Positions 1 to 13,805 of a stretch of DNA of 64,000 nucleotides are shown in pieces. Made by a program: the position numbers and the translations under genes. The notes beneath the pieces were generated by a model. That model was given only the letters and a program-made list of their open reading frames with translations. It was not told the origin of the DNA and searched no databases. Each line of letters starts with the position of its first letter. Within the stretch, counting starts at the first letter, position 1. This DNA is from the human T2T-CHM13v2.0 reference genome, Homo sapiens, in assembly GCF_009914755.1 (NCBI RefSeq), contig NC_060936.1; one strand, 5' to 3'.

Positions 1-2041
1 TCTGGCGATATTAGTCTGTGTTAAAATTACTATGTATTGTTGATATTTGTTATTTTTTCTGTATCTAGTTTGTCTTTTTTGTTATTTTGCTATTTGTATT
101 CAGGAAGGTTTGTATTTTTGTTGTAGTGGTTTTCTTTATATAATTTTTATAGGGGCCTTTTCTCTTATTTCGCTTTTCCTGTCTTGCCTGTCAGTTTTAA
201 ATTCTATCCTCTGACTCCAACTTATTTATTGAACAGTCGGTGATGTTACTCTGCTTCTCTCTCTCTCTTTTTTTCTCCCATTTTATTTAATTAACATTCT
301 TTGAATGTTAGAACATATGACATTTCCATACAGTCAAACAATGTCCCTATCCTTGTTTCATTCTTACCTCTACAATTATATATATTAAATTCAATTTTTT
401 TTGTTGTTGTTCATACTTTTCTTCTAATCCTCTTGACCAGGTTAACTCTTACTCTGTTAAAACTTTTAAAAACTGTTTTGGAGGTAAGACTTTCAGAAAG
501 CCATCTTTCTGCTTCGTCAGCTGTCTCTTTTGCCCCCATCCCCTGTCTCAGTGCAGCGCTCTAGGAACACATTCCACAAAGCCATGAAGGCAGGATTTGA
601 TTTTGGAAAGAGATAAAAACTGGAAATAATTGTCCAGAGTAATTTTTTTCTGAGTTGATATGATGCTCTCAAATCTGCATTGAAGAACCTATACTTCATT
701 ACTTTGGAAGTTGTGAATTCATTTTTTTTAACCACATGTTTCTACATGGTTTGGTTTTAATTTATTTAGTTGAGCCTGAATTGAGGGGGGAAGTATTTAA
801 ATACTTTGTAAACTGCCATTGATTTCCTAGAGGTGACTAGAATTCAGTCTTCTTAGAATCTAGCATCCCAGCAGCTTTTGAAGTCCCACCAGTGTATAGT
901 CTTAAAAATGTGTGTCCATAACATTGAAACAAGCATTAAACGATTTTATCTCTCTAGATGAGTTTCAGCCAAAGCCTATAATTGTTTTTCTCAGACTATT
1001 GCATGGAAGTCAATAAAACCCAAGCCAAGCATTATTGACTTTTGATACCAAAACTTTATTTTTAAAAATGGCTGTCATTAAGATTTGGCAGTTGCATTGC
1101 TTTATCTCCGCTGACCCCTTCTGTCAATGAGATTATCACAAAAGAAGAATCAGCCTAAAACTCTTCTTTGACATATCAGGTATTTTTACTGTGTTATTTT
1201 AATTCAACACAACATCATGAATCAAACATTCTGGTTTCTACTGCAATTTCTCTAGTTGGTTTTCTCGACTATATTATGAATCTTAATAGTTGAAAAATTA
1301 TTTAGACATAAAAATATATATTTGGTAATTAGTTGATAAGGATTGCCATTTTAATCTTCTCACCACATTTCAAGAAGCTAACTAAAACTGTTCTCTTTTT
1401 TTTCTAGTTTTGTAACACTTGGAAAGAACTTAAAATGTTATTGTGCTTCTTGCAGGTTTTCTTTTTTCTTTTCCACATGGAAACAGAAGGCTGTGTAGGT
1501 GCCTTGTAAAAGTCTGTCTTGGTGACATCCCTAACAAGAACCTAAAGCAATCTTGCTAAAAAATATTTCTGAGTTACAGCTTTGAAATATTCTAAAACAG
1601 AAAATTCATTAACTGGAAAGAAAATGTAACCATTTGACCACATTTGCCAGTGAATTTCCTTCCTTGGTTAGAGGAGGAGAATTCTTTGTCTTAAATTACC
1701 TGGCAATTGTATTGACAATATCAGCTCATTTACCTTTGCAATACAAATGAAGGATGAGAGGGGGGTTGCTAATTGCACCAGTCTTTGTAAAGGTTGAATG
1801 GAATTTAGTTTTTCTCTTGTTTCCAAGTTTTTATCCTTGTCAACCCTGAGTATCTCACTGGAGACAGAAAGTAGAGGTAAAGTGTTACATAGTAGAAAGG
1901 CCCTGTTCAGGTGGCAAGAAGTCCCATTAATGACCATGGGTTTTCTGGGCTTCATATTCTCATTTATAAAATGATCAGATTAAATAAGATTAGCCCTAGA
2001 GTCTTTTCTATTTCTAAAATGCTAAGATATGGTATCCAAAA

Positions 2042-2651
2042 TGTTGCCAGAAATGGATCCCAATCCAGAGCCCAAGAGGGTTCTTGGACCTCACACAAGA
2101 AGGAATTTGAGGTGAGTCTATAAAGTGAAAGCAAGTTTATTAAGAAAGTAAGAGAATAAAGAATGGTTATTTCACAGGCAGAGCAGTGGTATAGGCTGCT
2201 CGACTGAGTATACAGATATGCTAAACAAGGGATGGATTATTCATGAGTTTTCTGGGAAAGAGGTGGGTAATTACCACAAGTGAGGGTTCCTCTTACTTTT
2301 AGACCATAGGCGATAACTTCTGGACATTGCCATGGCATTTGTAAACTGTCTTGGCACTGGTGGGAGTATCTCTTAGTGTGCTAATACATTATAATTAGCG
2401 TATAGTGAGCAGTGAGGATGACCAGAGGTCACTTTTGTTGCCATCTTGGTTTTGGTGGGTTTTAGCTGGCTGCCTTTTCGCTTGGTGTTTTATCAGCAAG
2501 GTTTTTGTGAACTGTATCTTGTGCTGACCTCCTAACTCATCCTGTGACTAAGAATGCCTAACCTTCTGGGAATGTAGCCCAGTAGATCTCAGCCTTGTTT
2601 TACCCAGCCCCTATTCAAGATGGAGTCACTCTGGTTCAAACACCTCTGACA
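2042..2651 (-). mobile_element. MER41B-like solo LTR (ERV1)
   Basis: The minus strand begins TGTCAGAGGTGTTTGAACCAGAGTGACTCCATCTTGAATAGGGGCTGGGTAAAAC and ends GGATCCATTTCTGGCAACA, matching the recalled MER41B consensus. TG..CA termini; 4-bp TSD AAAA (2038-2041/2652-2655). Confidence 0.9.
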
Positions 2652-2941
2652 AAAATCCTTCTAAAAATTTTTAATATACAAATTGAGATCTTCTAATATT
2701 TTTCTATTACTGTGGTATATCACTTCTTTCCCTTTGTGCACCCTACTTAAAATTTCAACTCACTCAGAAGATACAGGAGCTGACTGTCGCTGTGGCTGTG
2801 CTGTATCAGAACACTGCCTACCTTAAGGAAAGAACTTTGGAGGTCTCAGGCTTTGAATTTTATTTCCTGTAGTTTTTTCTCTCTGAAATCTTATATAGGC
2901 TTTTCCTGAGTAAGGGTCATTTTCACTTAGCTTTTTGATGG

Positions 2942-3520
2942 TATAATGGACTGAATGTTTGTGTCCCCCTTCCAAGTTCAAATGTTGAAGGCCAAACCCT
3001 CCTTGTGGCTGTACTTGGAGATGGGGGCCTCTTAGGAAGCAATTAAGGTTGGATGAGGTCCTTAGGGTGGGGCCCTGATAGGATTAGCGTCTGTATAAAA
3101 AGAGACACCTGAGAGCTTCGCCCTGCTAGGATTAGCGTCTGTATAAAGAGAGACACCTGAGAGCTTCGCCCTGCTAGGATTAGCGTCTGTATAAAGAGAG
3201 ACACCTGAGAGCTTCGCCCTGCTAGGATTAGCGTCTGTATAAAGAGAGACACCTGAGAGCTTCGCCCTGATAGGATTAGCGTCTGTATAAAGAGAGACAC
3301 CTGAGAGCTTCGCCTACACGCTTCCCCACTGAGGGAAGACCATGTGACTATACAACAGGAAGGTAGTTGTTTACAAGCCAGGAAGAGAGCCCTCACCAGA
3401 AACCAAATTGGCTGGCGCCTTGATCATGGACTCCTGGGCTCCGGAACTGTAAGAAAATTTGTGTTGTGGAAGCCACCCAGCCCATGGTATTTCGTTATGG
3501 CAGCCTGAGCAGAGGTGGTA
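2942..3520 (+). mobile_element. MLT1A-type MaLR solo LTR interrupted by a tandem repeat
   Basis: ATGGACTGAATGTTTGTGTCCCC start; AAGCCAGGAAGAGAGCCCTCACCAGAA and AAGCCACCCAGCCCATGGTATTTCGTTATGGCAGCC 3' motifs. Confidence 0.85.
3073..3312 (+). repeat. Minisatellite/VNTR, 5 x 48 bp
   Basis: Unit CCCTG(A/C)TAGGATTAGCGTCTGTATAAA(G/A)AGAGACACCTGAGAGCTTCG starting at 3073, 3121, 3169, 3217 and 3265; only two variable positions. Confidence 0.98.
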
Positions 3521-4423
3521 GCTATGTGGACAGTTTTTGGACTTCTCTATTGTAAGTACCTGAGGGAAATGTGTGTATGTTGAGGGTGGTGTTTAGGGAT
3601 GCAGTATAAAAATATTTTACAAAGTACTTCCCTTTCTTGCTTTAGCTGAGAACAGTGTTTCTCCTGAGGATACCACTTAGTCACAGTCCCCAAAGGCTGT
3701 TCATTCTTTCATTAATCATTTATCTAGGGCTGAGGCTTGTGGATATTTTCTTAGCCTCCCACTGCTATCTCTTGCCAATAAACACTTGCCCTATGCGGAG
3801 TTCATGAGACATGGCCATGTAACACCCGACTTGTCTTTCCTATTGGTCATTTCCTATTCTGGTTGCTCTTTCTTCCTCATGAAGAGCTTTAGTATCTCTG
3901 AATCCCAGTCTCCTACTGCTGCTATCACCACAGGCAGCTTACTTGAGAATGACCCTTCCAGCAACTCAGGCTGAAAGCGCCTGGGCCTCTTCAAATTTTA
4001 GTATTATTCATTTCCATTTTATATCAACATCCCATGTGGATAGTCATAATCTGTGCCTAACTCCTGACCTGAAAAATGCATCACCACTGAAGTGTAAAAA
4101 CTAATGTCAATCTTTGGCTATGCTTTTCTATTCATCCAGCTTTTTTCATTTTTTTTTTCCTTTCACTTCACCTTTTCTTTTACCTCGTAAAATCTCCAGA
4201 CTTTGGACCGCATTCATTTCTGTCCAAATATCCCCCCTTTGGCCTATTATTATGTGGGCTAGACTCTGGCATGTCACCTCAGGTCCTCCTGCCAGCATCT
4301 TTAACTACTGGCCATCACCATTTTTCTCTCACCAATATCCAGCCAATTCTTAGACTTGGATATATCCAACCACTCCTGCCTCTGGGGCTGGCCCTGCCCC
4401 GTGACAATTTTGCTAGTTGATGC

Positions 4424-4992
4424 TGTTGTACCTGAGCGAGTTAGAAAAATGCCACACTTTGAGACGAATTAATAGTCCTTTATTAGCCGGCGACCGAGAG
4501 ACGGCTAACGCTCAAAATTCTCTCGGCCCCGAGGAAGGAAGGGGCTTGATTAACTTTTATACCTTGGTTTAGGAAGGGGGCGGGTTGGGCGGTGGGGAGG
4601 GTCTAGTTGAAACAATTTTACAGAAGTAAAGTAGTCAAAAAGTTAAAAGGATAAATGGTTACAGGAAAGTAAACAGTTCCAGGTGCAGGGGCTTTAAGAC
4701 TATTACAAGGTGATAGACCCGGGGCTTTGGGCGTTATCAATCGGACGAATTCCTGGGAACTGCGGATATAGCTTGCCACAGTATCTTATCAGTTAATTGC
4801 ATTCTTGGATGTGCTGGGAGTCAGCTTGCACAAGTTACGTCCTTGAGGAAGGGGCTGCCAGTGAAAGAGCCAAGTGGAGTCTGTCTGGCTCTGTTAGCTA
4901 AGGGAGTGTCAATTCAGGTGGAAACAAGGCTAGGTGATTAAAGGAAAGGGAGTCTAAAAACAGAGTTAGTAAAAACCAGGTTGGGCACTACA
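4424..4992 (-). mobile_element. LTR6A/LTR6B (HERV-S71) solo LTR
   Basis: The minus strand runs TGTAGTGCCCAACCTGGTTTTTACTAAC...CTAACTCGCTCAGGTACAACA, as in the recalled LTR6 consensus. Perfect 4-bp TSD ATGC (4420-4423/4993-4996); many CpGs retained. Confidence 0.9.
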
Positions 4993-5607
4993 ATGCTCCC
5001 CAATTCCAGAGTCTCCATTGTAGACTGCACCTTTAAGAGCAATGGACTTCATTAATACGGAGCTGAGTTAATCATACTCTTCTGTTAAAGCCATGTTAAC
5101 ATTGTTTGTCCTTGCAAAGCACTCCTAGTCAGTTTGCTCTCATTTATTTATTCATTTCCCTTTTACCCATGCCTTCCACTCTTGTTCCACTGCTCCTAAT
5201 AAGCAGCCATCTTATTGTATATATTTTGCAATTTGAATATAGTTTTACAATATGTGTATAGTTTTATGGCCATTTAAATTCACATAACATTAGTTATTGC
5301 ATTCTTATTCTCACTTTTTTCACCAAGCACTATATTTTCAAGATTACTTTTTGTAGCTCTGTGAATCTGTATTTCTAAGGTGTTTCTGATAGCTGCACAA
5401 TCATTTAGTTTCCATCGAAAACATTTCACGTATCCTTTCTCCCAGTGATGGACACTCAGGTTGCCTGTAACTTTTCGACACCACAAACAATAATGTATGT
5501 CCTCATCATATATCTCCTAATGGACGTAAGTTATAATTTTACTGGGATATAATTTTTTATTATCATTGTATAATGTTACTAAATATATCTGTTATCATTA
5601 TTTCATA

Positions 5608-6412
5608 AGGAATGTACCACATAACAATGTTTTGGTTAATGATGGACAACGTATATAATGGTGGTCCCATAAGATGATAATGGAGCTGAAAAATTCATAT
5701 GGCTTAGTCTGGATAATCTTGACCCTGTGTTGGCCTAGGCTAATGTGTGTGTTTGTGTTTTAGTTTTTAACAAACAAGTTTTAAAAAAAATTTTAAATTG
5801 TAAAAAGCATATAGAATAAGGATAGAAAGAAAAAATATTTGTGTACAGTTGCACAATATGATTTATTTAAGTATTATAAAAGAGTCAAAAAGTTAAAAAA
5901 GTTTATTCAGTAAAAAAGTTACACTAGGCTAAAGTTAATTTATGATTGAAGAAAGAAAAATATTTTAAAATACATCTAGTGTAGCCTAACTCTACAGTGT
6001 TTATAAAGTCTACAGCAGTATACAGTAATGGCGTAGGCCTTCATATTCACTCACCACTCATTCACTGACACCCAGAACGACTTCCAGTCCTGAAACCTCC
6101 ATTCATGGAAAGTACCTTATACAGGTGTATTACTTTGTATCTTTTGTACTATATATTTACTGTAGGTTTTTAATGTTTAGGTATATTTATATACGCAGAT
6201 ACCACTGTGTTCCAATTGTCTACAGTATTCAGTATAGTAACCAGCTGTACATGTTTGTAATCTAAGAGCAATAGGCTGTACTACACAGCCTAGGTATGTA
6301 GTAGGCTGTATCATCTAGGTTTCTGTAGTTACACTTTATGATGTGCACACAATGAGATTGCCTAACAACGCATTTCTCAGTACATATCCTCATGGTTAAG
6401 CAACATGTGACC
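5608..6412 (+). mobile_element. Tigger3 (GOLEM/MER7) non-autonomous DNA transposon
   Basis: 5' GGTGGTCCCATAAGATGATAATGGAGCTGAAAAATTC and 3' CTAACAACGCATTTCTCAGTACATATCC...GTTAAGCAACATGTGAC resemble Tigger3 termini. Confidence 0.8.
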
Positions 6413-6419
6413 TACTTTC

Positions 6420-9047
6420 ACTAATGATGAACTAGGATGGTGTGCTAGTGGATTGAAATCCATTGGTGTAGTGTGATTATTCAGGAATTTGAAATGAATA
6501 AGGGGAATGATAAATATAAAGATAATTGAATTGTTGTTATAAATTGCATTGATAATCTGTAGATAAAGAAAAGCTGAGGTCAACTAGCAAACAATTGAAA
6601 ACTAAATAACAGCTGGTCTCTTTGGTAACTTACAATGAATTTATTGACTTGATGGTACTCTGTTGGGATATGCAATGTAACATTCTGATAAGGGCTTCAG
6701 GGGATGATGCAAACTTGCTACAAGGGCAAAAAATGATGGCCCACATGAATGAGGCTGAAATTCCCGAATTGCTATGACATACATTAGTAAAAGATATTAC
6801 AGTAAAGGATTGAGAACAGTGGACAGGCTGAACATATAATATTGTATATATAAGGCCAGAAGACACATCAGAAGGTTATGTTTTATAGGGAGGCACAGAG
6901 GACACATCATTCACCATGGCCATCAGGAATAAGCTGATGAAAGAGCCACCAGCCAAGAGGTTCAGTGACAGTTCTCTGTAAGCCAGTGCTGTAGGTAGGA
7001 GAGGCTATCACAGAACGTTTCTCATGGGTAGCATTGGAAATGATAGTGCTCTGAAGCATAGAGGCCAGATGGTGGTGCTTAACTGCCAGAAATGAGGGGT
7101 CATGATTATCAACACAATCAACAAGCTTGAAGTAACAGCCTAGGGAGTTTGACCAGTTGAGAATTATGGAGACTATTATCATCATTAGATGTGAGCACAT
7201 AGAGCCCCCGCAGTGGTCCCCATGCTTTGCTGTACCATCTAGGTAATTTTAAAAGTCTCTTTATGGTACTGTGACCAGCTGAGATTGGAACTGCCATCCA
7301 GGTGGGATGCCCCAAGACTAGACCAAGGCCCTCGTGAGTTTCGGTTCTCATTTCTCCGTTTTGACCCACTAAACTGCATGGGGAGTCAACCATATGCCAA
7401 GGCTTTGTTAACATCATCATGATGTGCCATAATATAGTCCAGATAGATCTAAACCATCTGGATACCCAAGAAATCATCATGCCAATCCATTACATCAGTG
7501 ACATCCTGCTGATCCGGCAGGATGAACAAGAGGTAGCTAACATGCTAAAGGCCTTGGCAAAACACATGTGTGATAATCCTTAAGCAGATTTAGGGACCTG
7601 TGACTTAAAATAATTAGGGGTTCAGTGGTAAAGATCATGCTGGGACACCCCCCTCCAAAGTAAAAGACAAAATGTTTTATTGTGCATCTTTGCCTACAAA
7701 GAAGAAATCATAGTGTGTAGGAAATCTCTTTGAATTGCAGAGGCAACATATCCTACACCTAGGAATACTGTTTCACCCCATATTGTTGATGATATGGAAG
7801 ACTGTCAGATTTGAGTGGGGCTTAGAGCTGATAAGAACTTTTCAACAAGTCAAGCCTGTGGTGAAAGTAGCCTGGACACTTAAACGATATGGTTGGTAGA
7901 CCCTATGATGTTGGCGATGTCAATGGTGGAAAAAGATGTAATACGGAATTTCTCCCAGTGGAGGAATGTCAAATCAGGCCCCTTAGGTTTTGGAGTAGTG
8001 TTGCCATCTGCAGCATAGAATTAATTGCCTTCTGAAAAATAGCTGTTGGTATGCTACTGGACCCCAAATAATCAAGAGATGGAGCACTTGATTATGGGCC
8101 CCCAGTTATTATGCATTTTGAACTGGCCATCATGATCTGGATTCTGCTGGTCCTACCAGATTAAAAACTCAGATGGGCCCAGTGGCAATTCATTTTAAAT
8201 TTAAAATAGGAAACCGGGGACTAGACATGAACAGGATAGAAGATAAAAGCAGGTTGAATGGGTGGTTAACCCATCCCTCTATGCTGTTCATCGTATTGGC
8301 ACCATCACCCCTCCCCAATTTTATATATGGGAGGTCTTATGTGACCAGCTGAAGGTAAAGGAGAAAGCCTGGGCGTGCTTTATAAACAGGTGGCTTCATA
8401 CGAGTGTAAGCTGGATGTGGATAGCAGCTGAATTACTGCTCCACTCAGGATGGTCTTGAAAGACAGTAGTGAAGGAAAATATTCCTAGTGGACAGAGTTT
8501 TGGGTGGTTTATTAGGTTATCCAGTTTGTGTGGAAGGAGGTTATGCTATACAAGGACTCATGGGCAATGATGAGCTGGTCAGAGATGGAAGGAAAGAAGA
8601 TGTGAAGATTAGTGACAAGATCTGGGAGAGAGACATAGAGTTAGACATATGGGAGTAGGCACGAAGTTTAAGGATCTTTCTGTCATACACTAACATGCCC
8701 CAAACATGGAATCCACCATGGACGAGCCACTAAACAACTAAGTAGACAAAATGGCTTGGCCATTTCATATTAGCCAGCTTTCATCAGTGGCCACCCTAGG
8801 GCTAACATGATGAGCACATGAATGAAGTGGTCACGTTAGCAGGGATGGAGGCTCTTTGTAGGCTCTATTTGAGTTCCTACCTACCAAGCCTCATCTGCTG
8901 CCTCTGAAGCTCTGACCAGCTAACAATAGAAAGCAAACTGAGCCCCTCCTAAGACACAATTCCTCTTCATAGGTGTTACTCCCTGATGAACTTTTGTACT
9001 CTCTACTCCTTTTCAGTCTCTGCTTCCCAGAGAACATCACCTGGGAC
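6420..9047 (+). mobile_element. Decayed ERVL/MaLR-class proviral internal region (gag, RT, RNase H, start of integrase) with a short LTR 3' end
   Basis: RT motifs PQG..N...CHNIV and HYISDILLI (YxDD-equivalent at 7491-7502); RQHI.HLG near 7740; RNase H-like SEGKYS*W.E near 8470 and DSWA near 8555; HE*SGH.SRDGG near 8815-8850; LTR-like end TCTGCTTCCCAGAGAACATCACCTGGGACA. Many stops and frameshifts. Confidence 0.75.
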
Positions 9048-9866
9048 AACACATATTTCCCAAGAAGACATTATCTGCTGCGTTTTTCCCAAAAACATGT
9101 GATACTTCTAAAACCACTGTCTGACCCTTGTACCTCTCTTTGCCTAGCATTTGATCTTGCCTCTAATTTCACAAACAATTAAAATGTCCCACTGCATTCC
9201 ATCCTCAAAACTAAAAATATTATGGATCCTCCTCATTTACTTTTCTTCAGCCTCAGAAGTAAAAATGCTCTTTATCCCATTCAATACTAGTGACTTCCTT
9301 TGTGTCCTCTCTTGTTCAATTATTTTCCTCTTAATAATGTTCCCCATAAGACGGGAAATGCAAATGTCTCTTCTTAAAACAAACGTGATAACAATAAATA
9401 TTTTCCATTACCTGCACCCTTTTCAACATCATAGCTGAAGTTCATGAAAACTCAGTGTACTCTTGGTGTCTCCATTTGTTTATCTTCAGCTTTCATCTAT
9501 TAAGGTTTTAGTGATTTTTTTTGGTCTGAACAAAATAATTCTCCACACAACTATTTTATATTTATTTATATTTATTCTAATGAGACCAGAGGTTCTTTGT
9601 GTTAAATATTTGATTTGTAAATCAATCAGTGGAAAATTTTTGATGAAATCTAAACGCAAACTTCTAAGCACTTGGAAAGAATTAATCTGTCCTCTAGTTA
9701 GGGGAGGGAAGTCCAAGGCTGGAGATGTAGATCCAGATAGAGGGGTGGGCGTATGGCAGAGGTATTCTTCTTGTGCTACTTCCACAGATATCCTTCTTTT
9801 CTCCATGAAGAAGGGAAGTCTTTAGTATTCTCCAAGTCCCTGTAGTAAGAGTGGAGGTCTAATGGT

Positions 9867-9885
9867 GGGGTGGGGTGGGGTGGGG
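9867..9885 (+). other. G-quadruplex-forming motif (GGGGT)3GGGG
   Basis: Four G4 runs with single-T loops. Confidence 0.7.
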
Positions 9886-10804
9886 CAACAAAAGGAAGAA
9901 GGGTTATGTGAATAGTCTGACCCATAATATTGACAGATATCACCTCTTTCCCCTACCTCCCTCCTCTCCAAATAATTTCCATTCACTGACATTGACCTCA
10001 AGTACATATTGATTTGAGGACTTGACACTAAGGCACACGTAACCAATTGGCTTAACCTTCTGTAAAACTCCATAGGTCTTTCTGTTATTAAGATTCAGAT
10101 GCTTTTTTAAATTCAGGTGAGCTTCCTATAGTCTCCTTGCTTGATGGCCTTAGGAACTTAGCAGCCTCCTTTCTTTTCTTCTTCTTCTTCTCTTAAAAAT
10201 GTAACCTTTATTACCTCCCTCTCCCCCTTATTATCACAAAAGTGATACTTGTTCACTGGAGAAAAATCAGAAACTACAGAGAAACCAAAAATTAAATTAT
10301 TTATAACCCTATTTTCATTTTGGTCTAAGTATTTTCCAGCCTTTCATTATGCTGGCTATCTGTTTGTCTGTGAATGTCATGTACGTACATAAGTTTATTG
10401 CATTAGGCCATGACAGAAATGAACCCACATGCACATACAGATGCACACTAAAAAACTGACCACAGTTGTTTTGTAACAACATTTGTTTTGCTTTTCAGAA
10501 AAATGTTCATTTCATTTTTAATAGCTGCCTGGGTTTTATTATATGTTATACCATGATTAACTTTGGTAAGTGACTATTCTGGACATTTTAGGTTTTTAGT
10601 TTTCTTTTTTTTCCCGTCATATTAACACTGCTGTGAAAAACAGTATTATATTCAAATCTTTGTGCTCAATGTCAATTTCACTTCCTACAAGTGTAATTAT
10701 GGGTCAAATGATATGCATGTTTCTGATATATTTTGTTGTACTTACTTCTGAAAGACTTAAATTTTTACTCTTACCTGAACTTTGAGAACCCTTGCTAACA
10801 GTAG

Positions 10805-11186
<382 letters not shown>

Positions 11187-11289
11187 AGGTATCACCTTTT
11201 CTTCATTAAAGCTCTGGGCACCTGTATCTTGTGGAGATCAAATTCCTACAAACAGCTGCAGAGTAGAAGGCAGCCAATTTTCCTTATAT

Positions 11290-12060
11290 ACCCATGCCTT
11301 ACTGGGCACTGTGCTTGGTTCTGGGACTTCTGAAATAAATACGGCACAGTTCAGTCTCTACCCTGCATTGGAGTTTTGGGGAGCTGGGGGTAGGGGGTTA
11401 TAGAGAGACCAGTAAATGCATCATTACAATACAGGGAGTTAAGTGTAATAGTGTGGGAATGCTGTGGGAATACTCAGTCGGGGAGTGAGCCGAGTCATGA
11501 GTGTTAAGTCTGAATTAAGACTAATCAAGATTGGGAGTTAACCTGGCATAAAAGTGGGTTTTCAGACAGGGATACAGCTTGTACCAATGCAAGGAAGTAT
11601 GGAGTATGCAGTGGCCTAGTTGGGAACAGCAAGGCCGGGTTTGACTGCAGCAGCCTGTGTAAGTTGGGGGAACAGCAGTGAATGATCCTAGAAAGCAGCA
11701 GGAGTTGTATTATTAAGAAGTTGGCTGTTAGCATTTAGTATTCTTGTGGTTGTTAAGAAGTGCTGGAAGATATTAAGCGGAAAGTCACATGATCCCATGT
11801 GCATTTTGGAGAAGTCACTGGTGCAGTGTGGAGGGTCAGTTGGAGGGGCTCTGGACTGGAAATAGGGGGGCTAGCTAGGAGTCTAGTGCATCAATCCATG
11901 CCAGAGATGAGGACTGCAGGGGCTCACACAGGAGGAGAGGACAGGAGGGTGAATTTAAAAGATAATATGGGAGAATGGTAACAGCATTTGGGCTACTTGG
12001 ACTGTTGCGTATAAGAGAGATAGAATGTCCTGGCTTGGGTCATGTGGCTGAATAGCGGGG
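11290..12060 (-). mobile_element. L2 3' region, degraded
   Basis: GGCACTGTGCTTGGTTCTGGGA and TTTGGAGAAGTCACTGGTGCAGTGTGGAGGG are typical of antisense L2. Confidence 0.55.
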
Positions 12061-12315
12061 CCGTTACAGCCATAGATTCCTTTTGGTTCGACAGTCCAAT
12101 CCTTTCCTGTCTTACAGTGCCACATTATATGAATATATTATGCTGCTTTGTCACATGCTGTAAGAAAAGTAACTGCTATGGAGTTGAGAAGGTACAAGAA
12201 AGGTGAGTAGAATGCTCAAAAATATAAGAGTCAGAAATTATTATAAGATCAGTCAGGCAGGAGATATAATGGTAAAGGGTGACAGGGCAAGACCTCATCT
12301 TGAGAAAAAATACTA

Positions 12316-12786
<471 letters not shown>

Positions 12787-13239
12787 TTAGAAGAGTCAAA
12801 AAAGTTTATATCACAAATGAGAAATCTCCAATCTGAAGCTTAGATATGGCCTTTAACTAAATTACACCTGGCTCAAGCATAGGGACGATACCCCCACAAA
12901 TGCCTACAGGTGTGAAAAAACATCATCCTTTGAGTATTTAGGGGCAATATCCTAAAAGACCACAAGGTGGTAATGTAATTTCACGTCTGTTTTTGAGTCT
13001 TTAAATTCGTGTTGCTTTCACTCTGATAGTGCCCTCTTTTTCTGTTCGTGTTTATGGCTTTCTCTCTCTGTATTTTGTCTTTTACATTTTTCTGCTGTTT
13101 TCTAATTTATGTATCCCTCTTTTGAAATTTTTTCTCTCCGTCACTTCTTATGTTATCTCCTTAACTGGCCATCACTAGAACTAGTGGAATTTTTCCATTA
13201 TTCACTGAGTAGAATTTAGTTTTGTCACTACATTCAACA

Positions 13240-13805
13240 GAATTTATTATAGAAAAATTAAAACCTACATGAAAGTGCACAGAATAGTATAGTAAATCTT
13301 ATGAACCTATCATAGGAGCCAATCACAGCCTTCACCATAGGTCAGTCATCCAGATTCAAGGTCATAAGTTCATGGCCCCTCTTATTTCACCTGTATTCCA
13401 CTCACTTTCCTGCTTCCTATTTTATTTGAAAGCAAGTTCTAGTTCAGTAACAAGTCCATCTATAAATATATCTGTATATGTCTATCATTCGTGAGGACTC
13501 TTGAACCTAACCATGATGCCAGTATTGCTCCTAAAACTAGTAACAATTTCTTAGTATCACAAAATCCAGTTAAAGTTCCAATTTCCAACTGCCCCTTAAT
13601 GTCAATTAAAAATAATTTTATAATGTGTCTATCGGAATCAGCATTCAAATAAAGTTCAATTTGTGGTTGGTTGGTTTTTCTCTTAATATTTTTTATTCTA
13701 CAGGTTTCCACTTTCTGTCTCTTTTTTTCAACTTGCAATTTATTTGTTAAGGGAACAGTTATTTTTCTGTAGTTTCCTTCTGTCTGGATTTTTCTGATTG
13801 CTGTC
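13240..13805 (-). mobile_element. Ancient L1 (L1MC-like) 3' UTR fragment
   Basis: TTTATTATAGAAAAATTAAAACCTACATGAAAGTGCACAGAATAGTATAGT start and downstream motifs of old L1 3' ends. Confidence 0.6.

Noticed and set aside
3043-3396. 117-aa repeat ORF and CRISPR-like look of the 48-bp array
   Set aside because: The units are contiguous with no unique spacers and no cas genes. The ORF is a by-product of a 48-bp period in an antisense LTR.
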